A stretch of 64,000 bases of DNA from Mobula hypostoma (lineage: Eukaryota), in the NCBI RefSeq assembly GCF_963921235.1, contig NC_086097.1, positions 110,424,001 through 110,488,000 on the forward strand. Reading direction: 5' to 3'. Below the pieces are notes generated by a model, which did no database searches, had not been told where the DNA came from, and saw only the letters and a list, made by a program, of their open reading frames with translations. Numbering within the stretch: position 1 is the stretch's first letter; each line of letters starts with the position of its first letter. Shown in pieces: positions 12,388-25,745 of the stretch. Made by a program: the position numbers and the translations under genes.

Positions 12388-13922
12388 AAATATGAACAAA
12401 TGGATGAATTCAGGTGTTTGAAACTAAAAGAAAGCAGTATGAAAGCATTGTAACTATAGAAATTGTCCTGTTGTGACCTCTGTTCTTTAACATACAAACT
12501 GTGATGTAATATTAAATCAGGAGGTCTTTTCTTCCAAGAATGTCTCCAGTGTGACGCCTGCTTGTGGTCTGAAATAAAGACTGATATGCACCAGCTTCAT
12601 TGTCTCTCTGGTATCTTCATTCACAGTCACAACAGGAACAAGGCTTTTAATGGACAGGTTGTTTGGTCACCATCTTCCAATTAAATAGTGTGGGGTGGGT
12701 GCAGTGGCGAGGAGAACTTTAGACAGTTAAGTGGAAAGGATGTAAGAAAACAGTGTAGGGTAGTAAAATGGAGGGCAGTAGCAAGACTGTGATAGGAAGA
12801 GAGAAAACATCCAGCTGTAAGAGTGCCCCTTCCACTAGATTCGAACAGGAAAGACTATTAATAAAAACTTCAAAGCTCTGTATCTGTATGTAGACAGCAA
12901 GGCAAATTGTTGGCACTGATAGAAATAACAACAAATGATTTTATAGCCAATTCAAAGCAAGCAACAATGAGATTTAATGTTAACAGTTCGGAGGAAAGGC
13001 AGACATGGAGATGGTTAGCTGTGATAATAAATAATGATATCTCCAGTGAGAAATGATCTTGGCTCAAAGTATCAAAGTATTTCATCTGTTTTGGTGAAGT
13101 TTAAAAATAGCAATGGAAAAAAAATCACTGCAGGAGTAGTCTAAAGGTCTTCCAACAGTAGCTATATTGTAGGATTGAATATAAATGAAGAAATAATGCA
13201 AGTGGAAGGAACTACAGTGATCGTGAGTACCTTTAACCTTCAAATAGATGACAAAGTTAATCTTCAGAATGGATTCATGATTTTATTTGGAACTGTTTCT
13301 AAGAATTGCAGGGAACAGGCTGTTTCAGATTTGGGTATGTTAATAAGGGGTTAATTAATAATACAGAACCCTCTAGGAACAATGATCATAATATCATAGA
13401 GTTTCGTTTTGAGTTTGAAAGTGAGAAACATGTGGCCGAAACAGATGACTTAGCTTAAGGAGAGGCAGAAAGATTTAAAAGGAGGATTGGAAAAAACAGA
13501 CAGGGAAAATAGATCATAATGTAAGTTGCTCATTGAGGTGTACTGTAATTAAGAAGTTGCTTTAGTGTTTTCAACAATGATATATTCCTTTGAGGTATAA
13601 AAATATGAAGGATGATCCAATCATGCCTAGGCAGGGAAGCCCAAGAAGGTCAATGATGTTAAAAGTCATAGAGTTGCCAAGCACATCCATGCAAACCTGT
13701 TTGCCCATCAATACTACTCCATTTGCCCACATTAGGGCAGTATCTCTCTATGCCTTGCATACTTATGTGTCTGTCTTAATATCTTTTAAACATGGTAATC
13801 TGATTCCAACACTTCCTTTGCCAGCATGTTCCAAATATTGCTGATTACTCTGTGTAAAAAAAACTTACCCCTCAGATGTCCCTTAAAACTATTTCTCACC
13901 ATAAAATTATGTCACCTATTTA

Positions 13923-14700
13923 CAGTAGATTCAGGCTAATTGGGCCATCGGTTAATCGGGGCAGCCACTTATTTCGGACAACTCTTAAAGAACAAAAACT
14001 AATTGAGAAAATAGCCAGGATTCTCTTTGTTTATTTGGGACACATAATCAGGGCAGGAGACTAGAACACTTTCTAACCCACATCAGTTGTGTGCACTTGA
14101 GTGTCTGTTAGATGCAACACTGTTTTTAAATAGCATCAGTTGTGTATGTTTGTGTTGAAAAAACAATGATTTTTGTTACTGATAGTTGGTGAAAAATAAG
14201 CAGTAAGACCATCCAGAATTGTTTTCCTCACTGTAGTTTCAAGCATTCAGGCTTGGAGATCCCAGAACCGGCCTGGAGTGAAAATAAAATGATTTCGCTT
14301 CTTCAGCAAGTTAGGGACTATGAAGAATTTGAAGGTATTGGCAATCATTTGAATGTTACAATGAAAATGAAGATTTGGAGGACGCAATCATCAACAGAAT
14401 TGTATGATGACAGTCCATTATCTGCACTAGGTGTCTCTGCCGATTTTGTTCATTTACAGTCAAAAGAACGTGATGCTGATTAATTCCTTCACTGGTAAGT
14501 ATTAAGAGCAAATACAGTTTTATAGAACTGAGGTAGCATTGGTAGTGTTCTACTTTGTTGTGTATTTCACTTTAATACATAAATTGTTACTCAGTTTGTG
14601 CTTTTATATATTTTTAAATATTTTCATAATATTTTTAACTGTGGCTAACTGGCCCAAAATGTACTAGTCCCCATGGGTCCCAATTAACCAGAATCCACTG
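13923..14700. mobile_element. Tigger/mariner-type non-autonomous DNA transposon inside a CR1 relic
   Basis: TA TSDs (13921-13922, 14701-14702); TIR CAGTAGATTCAGGCTAATTGGG / CCCAATTAACCAGAATCCACTG. The minus-strand CR1 3' sequence continues on both sides. Confidence 0.8.
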
Positions 14701-15189
14701 TAATTACCAAAGGAGAAAGATTTTGATTATTGATCTTATCTGTGCCACTCATAATATTATTTTCTTCTATAAGATCATCCCTCAGCCTCCTTCACTAGAG
14801 GGAAAACAAGCCTATCCCATCCCTCCCTATAACTAAACAAACTGCAGTGTGGATGAGGACCTGATTCAACAATCAACCTCATAATTTAGAATTTACATAA
14901 TCTGGTATTTAGTGAGTGTGACAGCACTTTCACGGAACTTGTCTCTGAAAAATCAAGCTTCTCTATATCCCAAATATAGCACTGAGTAGTGAGATAAGTG
15001 CAAAGAAATAGCTTGATATCGATTTCAATATGATCATGTATGATCATGTACCACTAATTCATTCATGGGGTCAAGCTGCTGCTTGCTGGTTCAACAACAT
15101 TAATTGGCCTAAACCAAGCAGCTTGCTATATTATTGCTTAGGTTTCAGGTTCACACATAGGCCAGACAAGATAAGAAGACCTAATTTTC

Positions 15190-15720
15190 TTGCAAAATAT
15201 AAACTGCTGGAAAAACTAAACGGGTCAAGTAGGATCTGTGGAGGCAAAGGGATCGTTTCAGTTTCAGATCCTGCATCGGGACTGAAAGTGGACAGGGACA
15301 ACAGCCAGTATAAAGAAATGAGAGGGGGTAGGAAGACAAAGGCTAGTATAGATAACATATTAAGTACAGATGACCTGCATATGGAGACAGTTGGGAGAGG
15401 GAGAGGGGAGTGTGTTGAGAAAGGAGCTGGTATGTGGTCAGTGAAAACACACATGGGAGAGAAAAAATTAGGTACATGGAATAGGTGGGTGAGTGGAGAT
15501 GGAGGTTAGATCTTGCTTGGTAGTTGATAGCTGGAACCAGATAGGAGAAGGATGATGGCCCGATGGAACCAAGTGGAGATGGGGAAGGTATAGTAAAGGT
15601 GGACCAAGAGAGAAGATACACAATTGGACAGGTACATGAGTGATTGTTGATTGAACCAGGTGAGGGACGGTCTTGAAAATGAGGAGGAGAGGAATGGAAA
15701 GGGTGAACAAAGGGAGAGAG
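15190..15720 (-). mobile_element. Old Penelope pLTR fragment
   Basis: AACTGCTGGAAAAACT...GGGTCAAG..ATCTGTGG terminal motif, decayed hammerhead at about 15255-15285, purine-rich tract. Confidence 0.6.
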
Positions 15721-16548
15721 AATTTGATTTCCTTCCCTGAAGGACAAAGTGATCTGAATAGATTTTATGCTGTCACCACAGCTGATCATTTTAATTCTAG
15801 CTTTTAATTAAAGTTTCCTGCCTAACATAATTATCCTGGAATTCAAATGTCCAGACCTTTGGATTCTAATCCAGTACTTCATCACATACGACACCCAAGT
15901 CCTTCATTCCCTTATTTTTACTAAAAAGCTATCAATTTTTGATCTAAATGTAATCATTGAGCAATCGCATGATCCCTAAGGGAGAAAATTTCAAGTGGAA
16001 AGTAAATTCCCCATATTTTGGTGGTAAGAGGTGGACTTTTCCCCCGGAGGACTTTACGACCACGACCGGATTCTCCAGCCTTAAGAAATAGCCTCTCAGT
16101 CTATATTCTGTTTGCTCCTTTCAGCCTTGTATATTTCCTCAGAATCACACCCTTTCTATTAAATTCCACTGAGCATTGAACAATCTAAATCAGCTTCAAA
16201 GAATAACTCATCATCCCAAGAGTGAACACTACACATCAGCTCCAAGATAGGTCGTGAGAATGGAGATCAGACTTGATCAAAGTGCGGTATAATTACAAAA
16301 TTGTTTCCTTATAATTGCAGTCTAACACTGTGGAATGATTAGCAAACTTATCCTTTCCTTTCATAACTACTTGCTTCACCTGAATGTTTGTTATTATATA
16401 TTTTCTCTCCAATTCAATCCTTTTGTAGTAGCACTGTAGGTTGCTTTTAAAATTGAAGAATTCATTAATCCATCAGACATTGTTTGTCTATTTCTATTGA
16501 AAGAAAAGTAAAGGCAATGTTCTGATTCCAGTCTATTGCCCAGCTTAC

Positions 16549-16668
16549 CTTCCAGAGCAAAACAGCAAGCAGCAGGAAAATGAGTATTCCAACAAACAGA
16601 CTAATAGCGATGATCCATCCCACGACATAACCACGAGGTTCCAGATTATGCAATGCTTCAAACACCAC
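16549..16668 (-). CDS. ITGA9: Integrin alpha-9 transmembrane exon: VVFEALHNLEPRGYVVGWIIAISLFVGILIFLLLAVLLWK
   Basis: 120 nt, acceptor AG at 16669-16670, donor GTAAGC. Hydrophobic TM helix ending LLWK, near identical to the ITGA9 juxtamembrane sequence. Confidence 0.96.
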
Positions 16669-17269
16669 CTAATCAAAAAGGAATCTTCAAGTTAAACAAT
16701 CAGGTTCACGGTTACCAATATTAACAATGGAATCACATGCACATCTCTCGCAATCCAATGTATCTTGCAGGAGCCATGTTTCTGTTCTCTAACTCCTTTG
16801 TATTCGGTGTTGCGTGTTTATTATGGTAACTAGTCACATCAGTGGGGGGGGGGTGGTGGTAAAAGCAAGGGGAATAAGTTACGTATTCTTGCTTATCTTG
16901 TGTGGCACTTTGTAGGTTTGGACAGGCAGAGGTCAGATCTTTGCTGACTACTTAATATCAATGAATCATGCTTAGCTTACATTTGGATATGCCCAAGTTC
17001 ATCGCTTCATGATTGTATGTTTGCTAGTTGCTAACAAAGGACCGAATAAAGGACATGACATATTGGAAAAATAATTTCCTTGGAGCTGACCATGCAAATA
17101 TAACAACCCTGTGGCGGTTGAAAGCTAGCAGCAACTGTTCTGCCTTGACTTTGGATTCGTTTTACGGCCAGATATTATCACCAAAGATTTGTCCAGCAGT
17201 CTCACAATAGTTAATAATTGACATAATTTCTCTTTATTTAATGTTCCCATTGTCATAATAATAACAATA

Positions 17270-18850
17270 ATGGAAGGGTAACTCTCTAAGACCACTATGG
17301 TTTTGTCTAACTTTAAACCTGCTCTCTAATTTACTGAATCAGATGAAAACAGAGCATCAGATTAGAGACAACCAAACAAATTATACCTTGACACACCATC
17401 TATAGATGGATGATTTAAAATTATACGCTTCTTCATCAGTAAAGTTAAAGCATTTTATTCAAATAGTAGAACTATTCTCTAAAGATATGAACATGAACTT
17501 TGGACTAGTTAAGTGCAGTACATTAAGCATAGAGAAAGGTGCGATAGAGCTAGTAGAATACAAACCAGGGCAACAGGATACAATACAACTGATGGATGAA
17601 TATGAATCATACAAGTATCTGGGATTTCAACAGGCAAAGAAAACAGATCATAGTGTGATAAAGGGGAAAGCTTCAACAGAATTTACTTCAAGGCTCAAGA
17701 ATATTGCCAGAGTTCAATAGTAAAAATATAACAAAAGCAATAAACACTTTTTCTCTACCCATATTATTATATTCTATTTGCATAATATTTTGGTTAGAAA
17801 CAGAAAGAAAATTAAAAACCAAAATGCAGGTTTTAGAAAACAGTACGTACACTCGAACACACTTAGACTAACACCACCTAGGACAGAAGGAGGAAAAGGA
17901 ATAACAGACATAAAGAGTTTACACAACATTTTCATCAAAGAAAACATGATTCAGCATTTCACACGAGCATTTGCTATTCTGATAAGAAGTACACACTACT
18001 GAAATGAAATGAAAGAACAACTTGGAAAAATGAAGAAGTGATCACTACTGAAAAGAAAGTTATTGACTGAAAGAGAATGACCCTCCATGGAAGACATCCC
18101 TACAATCTGAGCAAACTAGATGTCAAATGCCGAGCTCAGTGTTGAAAATTTCTTCCTTGTGGCAAGTGGTTAACACAAAAAAAATCATCAAAAATACAAA
18201 ATAAAAAACCAACAAATTCAAGATGATAAATGCAGAAAATGCCACGAGAATCCAGAAACAATCCAACACATTACAGGATCCTGCAGCAGTTTAACTCAAT
18301 CTGATTACTTAACAGGCACAATCAAGTGGCAAACATCATTCACCAAAATCTTGCTTTAAAATACAAACTCATAAAAGACACCATTCCTTATGATAAATAC
18401 AAGCCTGATCCAGTTTTAGAGTCAGGGTCCTACAAATCATACTATGACCAATCCATAATTACAGATAGGACAAGGCATAATAACCGTTCAGATATAACAA
18501 TACAGGATAAACAAGCACTTAATAGATATAGCCATTCCATACACATATAACATACAGAAATCAATAAGTGAAAAACACCAGAAATATCCATAACTAAAAG
18601 AGGAAATTAAAAGACTATGGAGCATGAACAGGATATACATTGTCCCAGTAGTAATATCTACAACTGGTATCATCCCAAAGTCACTACATAATAGCATTAA
18701 ACAATTAGATCTTCACAGCAATATTTATGTAAATCTCCAGAAAACCACAATACTATACAGTATTAGAATATTCTGAAAGTTCCTAGCAATTGAGAAATGA
18801 ATGTGTTTGGCTATGCCTGTATCTCATGTTTTACCAGCTTAAGCTGAGAA
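17270..18850 (+). mobile_element. 5'-truncated R4/Dong-type non-LTR retrotransposon (RT, CCHC finger, restriction-like endonuclease), degenerate
   Basis: MDDLKLYA RT motif, YKYLG, EGGKGI, CRKCHENPETIQHITGSC finger, RHNQVANIIH, VPVVISTTG. Flanked by (TAA/CAA)n on both sides. Confidence 0.8.
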
Positions 18851-19025
18851 AAAAAATAATAACAACAAAAACAATAAATTCCATTGCAAAATAAATGATT
18901 ACCTGTGCATTAGACTTACACAATATGCAGTAGGAATATAAATGACCTAATATCGTTATGATCTTCTACTTTATCGTTCACCTGTACTGCACTTTCTCTG
19001 CAATTGCTACACATTTGTTCTATAT

Positions 19026-20207
19026 CAGGGGTCCCCAACCTTTTTCGTACTGCGGACCAGTTTCACATTGACAATATTCTTGCGGACCGGCCGACCGGGG
19101 AAGTGGGGGGGCGGTGGTAGGGCTGCCAACAGACGAGAGTAGCAGTCAAATACGCTGCATTTACCCCAAGAAAGACTACAATGACCATGAAGCCTTGCGC
19201 GGGCACCAGTGCGCATGCGTGTACGATTTTTTTTCTACAAACTGTTTTTGACGATTCTGTGCGGGGGGTGGGAGGTGTTAATCACGACCGGAATATAGGT
19301 GATAAATGGCTAATACACTCAATTTCCGTTCTGAAACGGTTTATCTAACGAATTTAATATTAACCGCACAGCACATATTTTCCTCGCATGAATATAGTGA
19401 TAAGTCAATTATCAGGGGAGGACAGAAGAGCTTGAAGTAAGTGTTGAACAAACTTCCAGTAGAAGTGGTAGAGGCAGGGTCAATATTATCATTTAAAGAA
19501 AAATTGGATAGCTATTTGGACAGGAAAGGAATGGACGGTTATGGGCTGAGTACAGGTTGGTGGGACTAGGTAAGAGTAGCGTTCGGCACGGACTAGAAGG
19601 GCAAAGATGGCCTGTTTCCGTGCTGTAATTGTTGTATGGTTATATAAGTCAATAGCATCATAACATTTTAAGTAACGTTTGGATATTAAACACACAGCAC
19701 ATATTTTCCCCATATGAACATATAAAATCATTGCAACACACCAATATCGCTGAATCAGTGGGAGCCCTGGGCTTGTTTCCCTGCAACAAGATGGTCCTAT
19801 CGTGGGGTGAAGGGAGACAGCGGTACTCGAAGGGGGTTCCTTATGTCCAGTCTATTCCGCAACTTAGTTTTCATTGCATTCATTGCAGAGATATGTTGGA
19901 AATGGAAGCAACGTTTTCATTGCTTTCGTGGCTATCTCAGGATTTTTAGCCTTGACTTTGATCCAGAATGCCGGCAGAGATGTTACGTCAAACATACTTT
20001 TCAGCCCGCCATCATTCACAAGCTCGAGGAGTTGATCTCCTTCCCGCACTGACATGGATGACGTGTGCGTAATGACCTCGCGTGCATTCAAGCTCAACAG
20101 TGGCCATGACAGAAAATGAGGAAAGGTGCAGCTGACTCATATCGCCAAATCATATCGCTTCCTCGCGACCCGGTACCGGTCCGCGGCCCGGTGGTTGGGG
20201 ACCGCTG
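19026..20207 (-). mobile_element. hAT (Charlie/Buster-type) deletion derivative with internal CR1 3' piece
   Basis: TIR CAGGGGTCCCCAACC / GGTTGGGGACCGCTG; 8-bp TSD TTCTATAT (19018-19025, 20208-20215); dimerisation-domain remnant FWIKVKAKNPEIATKAMKTLLPFPTYLC. Confidence 0.9.
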
Positions 20208-20266
20208 TTCTATATTGTTATTACTTTACCTTGTTCCACCTCAATGGATTGTGTAATGATATGATC

Positions 20267-20568
20267 AGGGTGGCGGTTTGGAGATAGGTCTCTACCAAAG
20301 GAGGTGTAAGGCACTCCTTCCCTCCACTAGCCTCCAGGTTACCTTTGGGCAAGGTGTCGCACCTGCTTAGCTCCCCGATCAGGGTCATGTGAAGCCATGG
20401 GAGCAGGAGGTGGATGGTCATATGGGCAGCTGGTGCATATCTCAATTCCTGGTTATATGACCTCTGACATCAGGCAGACAATCTCTGAAGCATACTGATA
20501 ATGGCTTGTAAAGACACTGCCAGAAGGTGGCAATGTCAAACCACCTCTGTACAAAAATGATGATGATG
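20267..20568 (+). mobile_element. Short RTE-related retroposon
   Basis: GTGGCAATGTCAAACCACCTCTGTA 3' motif and (TGA)n tail; imperfect TSD AATGATATGATC / AATGATTTGGTC. Confidence 0.55.
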
Positions 20569-20889
20569 AATGATTTGGTCTGTATGAACAATAAGCAAGT
20601 CAAACTTTTCACTGTCTCTCAATACATGTGATAATAAAAAAACAATTCCAATTCTGCTGCAGTGCCAAACAATGAAGAAAAAGTCTAACTCTCTTACCTA
20701 TTACCTGATGAATCACCATAGACAACAGTCAGTAGTAATCCAGATCTTAAGAGGACCAGTCTAACACCTGTCTTATTTAATTGCTTCAGAACTTGTTACA
20801 TTGTTGTAAATGGAAGGTTTTTCAAAATAAGTGGAACTGCAGCCGAGGGCTGTTCCAAATTATCTTCGAGAAAATGGAAGTGTATTGTC

Positions 20890-23800
20890 TTTATAAGACC
20901 ATAAGATATTGGAGCAAAATTAGGCCATTTGGTCCATTGAGTCTGCTCTGACACTTAATCATGGCTGATCGAATTTTCCTCTCAGCCCCAATCTTCTGCC
21001 TTCACCCCATACCCGTTCATACCCTGATTAATCAACATCAAGAATCTATCAAACTCTGCCTTAAGTATTGGCCTGTGGCAAAGAATTCCACAGATTCACT
21101 GCTCTCTGGCTAAAGAAATTCCTCATCTCCATTCTAAAAGGACAGACCTCTATTCTGAGGCTATGTCCTCTGGTCTTAGGCTTCCCACCATAGGATACAT
21201 CCTCTCCACATCTACTCTTTCAAGACCCTTCACCATTCGATCAGTTTCAATGAGGTCAGAATCAAAATGAGAATCAGGTTTATTATCACCAGCATGTGTC
21301 ATGGAATTTGTTAACTTAGCAGAGCAGTTCAATGCAATACAAAACATACAAGAAAAAATCAATTACAGTATATGTATATTGAACAGATTAAAAATCGTGC
21401 AAAAACAGAAATAATATATATTTTAAAAGTGAGTTAGTGTTCACAGGTTCAATGTCCATTTAGGAATTGGACGGCAGAGGGGAAGAAGCTGTTTCTGAAT
21501 CACTGAGTGTGTGCCTTCAGGCTTCTGTACCTCCTACCTAATGGTAACAGTGAGTAAAGAGCATGCCTTGGGTGCTGGGATCTTTAATAGTTGATGCTGC
21601 CATTTTGAGACACTGCTCCTTGAAGCCCTGGGTACTTTGTAAGCTAGAAACCCTCTACAGCTTCTTTCGGTCCTGTGCAGTATCCCCCCACCCACCCCCC
21701 CCCATACCAGACAGTGATGCAGCCTGTCAGAATGCTCTCCATGGTACATCTATATAAATTTTTGAGTGTTTTTGTTGACATACCAAATCTCTGCAAACTC
21801 CTAATGAAGTATAGTCATGGTCTTGCTTTCTTTATAACTGCATCAATATGTTGGGACCAGGTTAGGTCCTCAGAGATCTTGACACCCGGGAACTTGAAAC
21901 TGCTCACTCTCTCCACTTCTGATCCCTCAACGAGGATTGATACGTGTTCCTTCATCTTACCCTTCCTGAAGTCCACAATCAGCTCTTTCGTCTTACTGAC
22001 ATTGAGTGCCAGATTGTTGTTGCGATACCACTCCACTAGTTAGTATAGTTACATGAAAGTACCCCCTTTCATCTCCATCTGAGAGTCTATCAAGAATGGT
22101 TGTATCATCTGCATATTTATAGATGATATTTGAGCTATGCCTAGCCCCACAGTCATGGGTATAGAGAGAGTAGAGCAGTGGGCTAAGCACACACCCCTGA
22201 GGTGCACCAGTGTTGATTGTCAGTGAGGAGGAGATATTATCACTAACCTGCACAGATTGTGGTCTTCTGGTTATGAAGTCGAGGATCCAATTGCAGAGGG
22301 AGGTACAGAGACCCAGGTTCTGTAACTTATCAATCAGGATTGTGGGAATGATGGTGTTAAATGCTGAGCTATAGTCAATGAACAGCATCCTGACATCAGT
22401 GTTTGTATTGTCCAGGTGGTCTAAGGCCATGTGAAGAGCCATTGAGATTGTGTCTGCCATTGTCTTATTGTGGCGATAGGCAAATTGCAGTGGGTCCAGG
22501 TCCTTGCTAAGACAGGAGTTCAGTCTAGTCATGACCAACCTCTCAAGGTATTTCATCACTGTAGATGTGAGTGCTACTGGGTGATAGTCATTAAGGCAGC
22601 TCACATTATTCTTCTTAGGCACTGGTATAATTGTTGTCTTTTTGAAGCAAGTGGGAATTTCTGCCCGTAGCAGTGAGAGGTTGAAAATATACTTGAATAC
22701 TCCCGCCAGTTAGTTGGCACAAGTGTTCACAGCCTTATCAGGTACTCCATCAGGGTCTTCCGCCATGCGAGGGTTCACACTCTTTAAAGACAGCCTAACA
22801 TCGGCCTCTGAGACAGAGGTCACCCCTCGTTCTTCTGAATTCCAGTGAATACAGGCCCAGATCCATCAAAAACTCTTCATATGACATGCCATTCAATCCT
22901 GGAATCATTTTTTGTGAACCTCCTTTGAACCCTCTCTAGTTTCAATACATTATATACTAGTCCTGTTGAAATAAATGCTGACATTGCATTTGCCTTCCTC
23001 ACCACAGATTCAACCTGCAAATTAACTTTTAGGGAATCCTGCACAAGGACTCCCAAGTCCCTTTGCGCCTCAGTTTTTCTGTTGTTTTCTCTCCATTCTG
23101 AAAATAGTTAACTCTTTCTACCAAAGTGCATGACCATACACTTCCCAACACTGTATCCATCTGACATTTCTTTGCCCATTCTCCTAACCTAAGTCCTTCT
23201 GTAGTCTCTCTGTTTCCTCAAAACTACCTGCCCCTCCACCTATCTTGATTTCATCCGCAAAGTTTGCAACAAAGCCATCAATTCCATCATCCAAATCATT
23301 AACATATATAACATAAAAAGAATCGGTCCCAACACAGACCCCCATGGAACACCATTAATCACTGGGAGCCAGCCAGAAAAGGCTCCCTTTATTCCCACTC
23401 TTTGCCTCCTGCCAGTCAGCCACTGCTTTATTCATGCTAAATCTTTCCTGTAATACCATAGGCTCGTAGTTTGCTAAGCAGCCTCATGTTGCACCTTGTC
23501 AAAGGCCTTCTGAAAATCCAAGTACTCAACATCAACCGATTTTCCTTTGTCTATCCTGCTTGTTATTTCTTCAAAGATTTCCAACAGATTTGTCAGGCAA
23601 GATTTTCCCTTGAGGAAACCAAACTGACTACAGTATGCTTTATCATGTGCCTCCAAGTACTCTGAGACCTCATCCTTAATAATCAACTCCAACATCCTCC
23701 TAACCACTGAGGTCAGACTAACTGGCCTATAGTTTCCTTTCTTCTGCCTCTCTCCCTTCTTGAAGAGTGAAGTACATTTGCAATTTTCCAGAATCTAGTG

Positions 23801-24500
23801 ATTCTTGAAAGATCATTACTAATGCCTCCAGAAACTCATCATCCTCCTCTTTCAGAACCCTGAGGTGTACACCATCTGGTCCAGGTGACCTCTCTACCTT
23901 CAGACCTTTCAGTTTCCCAAACACCTTCTCTCTAGTAATGGTACCTTCACACACTTCATGACACCTGACACCTGGACCTTCCACAGTACTGCTAGTGTCT
24001 TTCACAGTGAAGACTGACACAAAATACTTATTAAGTTCATCTGCCATTTCCTTGCCCCCTCCCTCCATTGCTGCCTCTTCAGCATCTCTTTTCAGCAGTC
24101 CAATATCCACTCTAGCTTACTTTCATATTCCATCTTTACCTTTTTAGTTGCTTCATAATCCTCTAACTTACACTAATTTTTGCTCTATTAAATGCCCTCC
24201 CTTTGGTATTTATGTTGGTTTTGACTTCTCTTGTTAGCCACAGTTGCGTCATCTTGCATTTAGAATACTTCTTCCTCTTTGGGATGTATATATCCTGCGC
24301 CTTCTGAATTGCTTCCAGAAATTCCAGCCATCGCTGCTTTGCTGTCATCCCTGCCAGTGTTCATTTCCAGTCAATTCTGGCCAACTCCTCTCTCATGCCT
24401 CTGTAATTCCCCTTACTCCACTGTAATACTGACACATCTGACTTTAGTTTCTTCTTCTCAAATTTCAGGGTGAATTCGATCATATTATGATTACTTCCCC
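20890..24500 (-). mobile_element. CR1 LINE ORF2, degenerate, interrupted by a Rex1-type LINE
   Basis: RT pieces SPGPDGVHLRVLKE, GFLKGKSCLTNLLE, YLDFQKAFDKV; 3' UTR at the low-coordinate end. Confidence 0.88.
21259..22815 (-). mobile_element. Rex1/Babar (L2-like) LINE, 5'-truncated
   Basis: [37 protein letters not shown]; 7-bp TSD GAGGTCA (21252-21258, 22816-22822). Confidence 0.9.
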
Positions 24501-24519
24501 TAACTGACCAGCCCACTGT

Positions 24520-24960
24520 TCCACTTCTTTATCCAATTCATTTACAAAAATCACAAACAGCAGGGGTCCCAGAATAGACCTCTGCAAAACACCACTAGTC
24601 AGTAAACTCCAGGCAGAGTACTCTCTGTCTACTACCATCATCTATCTTCTATGGGCAAGCCAATTCAGTTCTCAGATAGCCAAGTTTCCCTGGATCTCAT
24701 GCCTCCTGACTCTCCAACTGAGCCTACCATGGGGAAACTTACCAACCGCCTAACTAAAACCATATACACCATATCCACTGCTCTACCTTCATCAATGTGC
24801 TTTGTCACATTCTTAAGGAATCCACTCAGGCTTACGAGGCATGCCTTGCCCTTCATAAAGGCATCCTGACTATGCTACTCCAAATATTCTGAAATCCTGT
24901 CTCTAAGAATCCCCTCTAACAATTTTCTCTCCACTGAAGTAAGTCTCACTGGTGTAAATT
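24520..24960 (-). mobile_element. CR1 RT fragment
   Basis: KGKACLVSL..VTKHIDEGRAVDMVYM. Confidence 0.75.
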
Positions 24961-24979
24961 GGTCAAGTAGGTCCTCCAT

Positions 24980-25200
24980 GAGGACCGCCACCTTGTCATG
25001 GTTTGGAGGTTTGCGTGTTTTCAATTACCACGGTGTCATGTTGGCTGGAGCCAGGGCTTTAAGCTTTAGCTCTTGGCAGGGTCACCCATGCCAAATAGGT
25101 CAAAGGGTAGAGGCCAGACTAAGAGTAGTCCAGTAGTCCTCCAGGTTTGGGGGTTCAGCTCAGGGCTAATAAACCCTGACTGGTAAAACAAAATCAGTGA
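24980..25200 (+). mobile_element. RTE-type 5' UTR fragment
   Basis: CCACCTTGTCATGG...GGTCACCCATGCCAAATAGGTC...GCCAGACTAAGAG motif pattern. Confidence 0.45.
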
Positions 25201-25204
25201 AACG

Positions 25205-25745
25205 ATCTCCCAGTCTCCTCTACTGTAAAGATGAAGCCACACTCAGGTTGGAGGAACAACACCTTGTATTCCGTCTGGGTAGCCTCCAACCTGATGGCAT
25301 GAACATTGACTTCTCTAACTTCCGTTAATGCCCCACCTCCCCCTCGTACCCCATCCGTTTTTTATATAATTTTTTTTCTCTCTTTCTTCTTTTTCTCCCT
25401 CTGTCCCTCTCACTATACTCCTTGCCCATCCTCTGGGCTTCCACCTCCCTCTTTCTTTCTCCCTAGACCTCCCATCCCATGATCCTCTCATATCCCTTTT
25501 GCCAAACAACTTTGCAGCTTTTAGCTCCCTCCTGTCTTCTCCTATCATTTCGGATCTCCCCCTCCCCCTCCCATTTTCAAATCTCTTACTATCTCTTCCC
25601 AGTTAGTCCTGACGAAGGGTCTCGGCCTGAAACGTCGACTGTACCTCTTCCTATAGATGCTGCCTGGCCTGCTGCGTTCACCAGCAATTTTTATGTGTGT
25701 TGCTTGAAATTCCAGCATTTGCAGATTTCCTCATGTTTGCGAAAA
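25205..25745 (+). mobile_element. Penelope 3' fragment with pLTR
   Basis: End of ORF (LRLEEQHLVFRLGSLQPDGMNIDFSNFR*), pyrimidine tract, hammerhead, terminal motif. Confidence 0.88.
25605..25640 (+). ncRNA. Minimal type I hammerhead ribozyme with intact core and GUC cleavage triplet
   Basis: AGTC-CTGACGA-A-GGG-TCTCGG-CCT-GAAAC-GTC-GACT. Confidence 0.8.

Noticed and set aside
16465..16548. Read-through extension VSWAIDWNQ... as an alternative tail
   Set aside because: It begins at a canonical GTAAG donor and lacks GFFRR; there is no evidence for intron retention.
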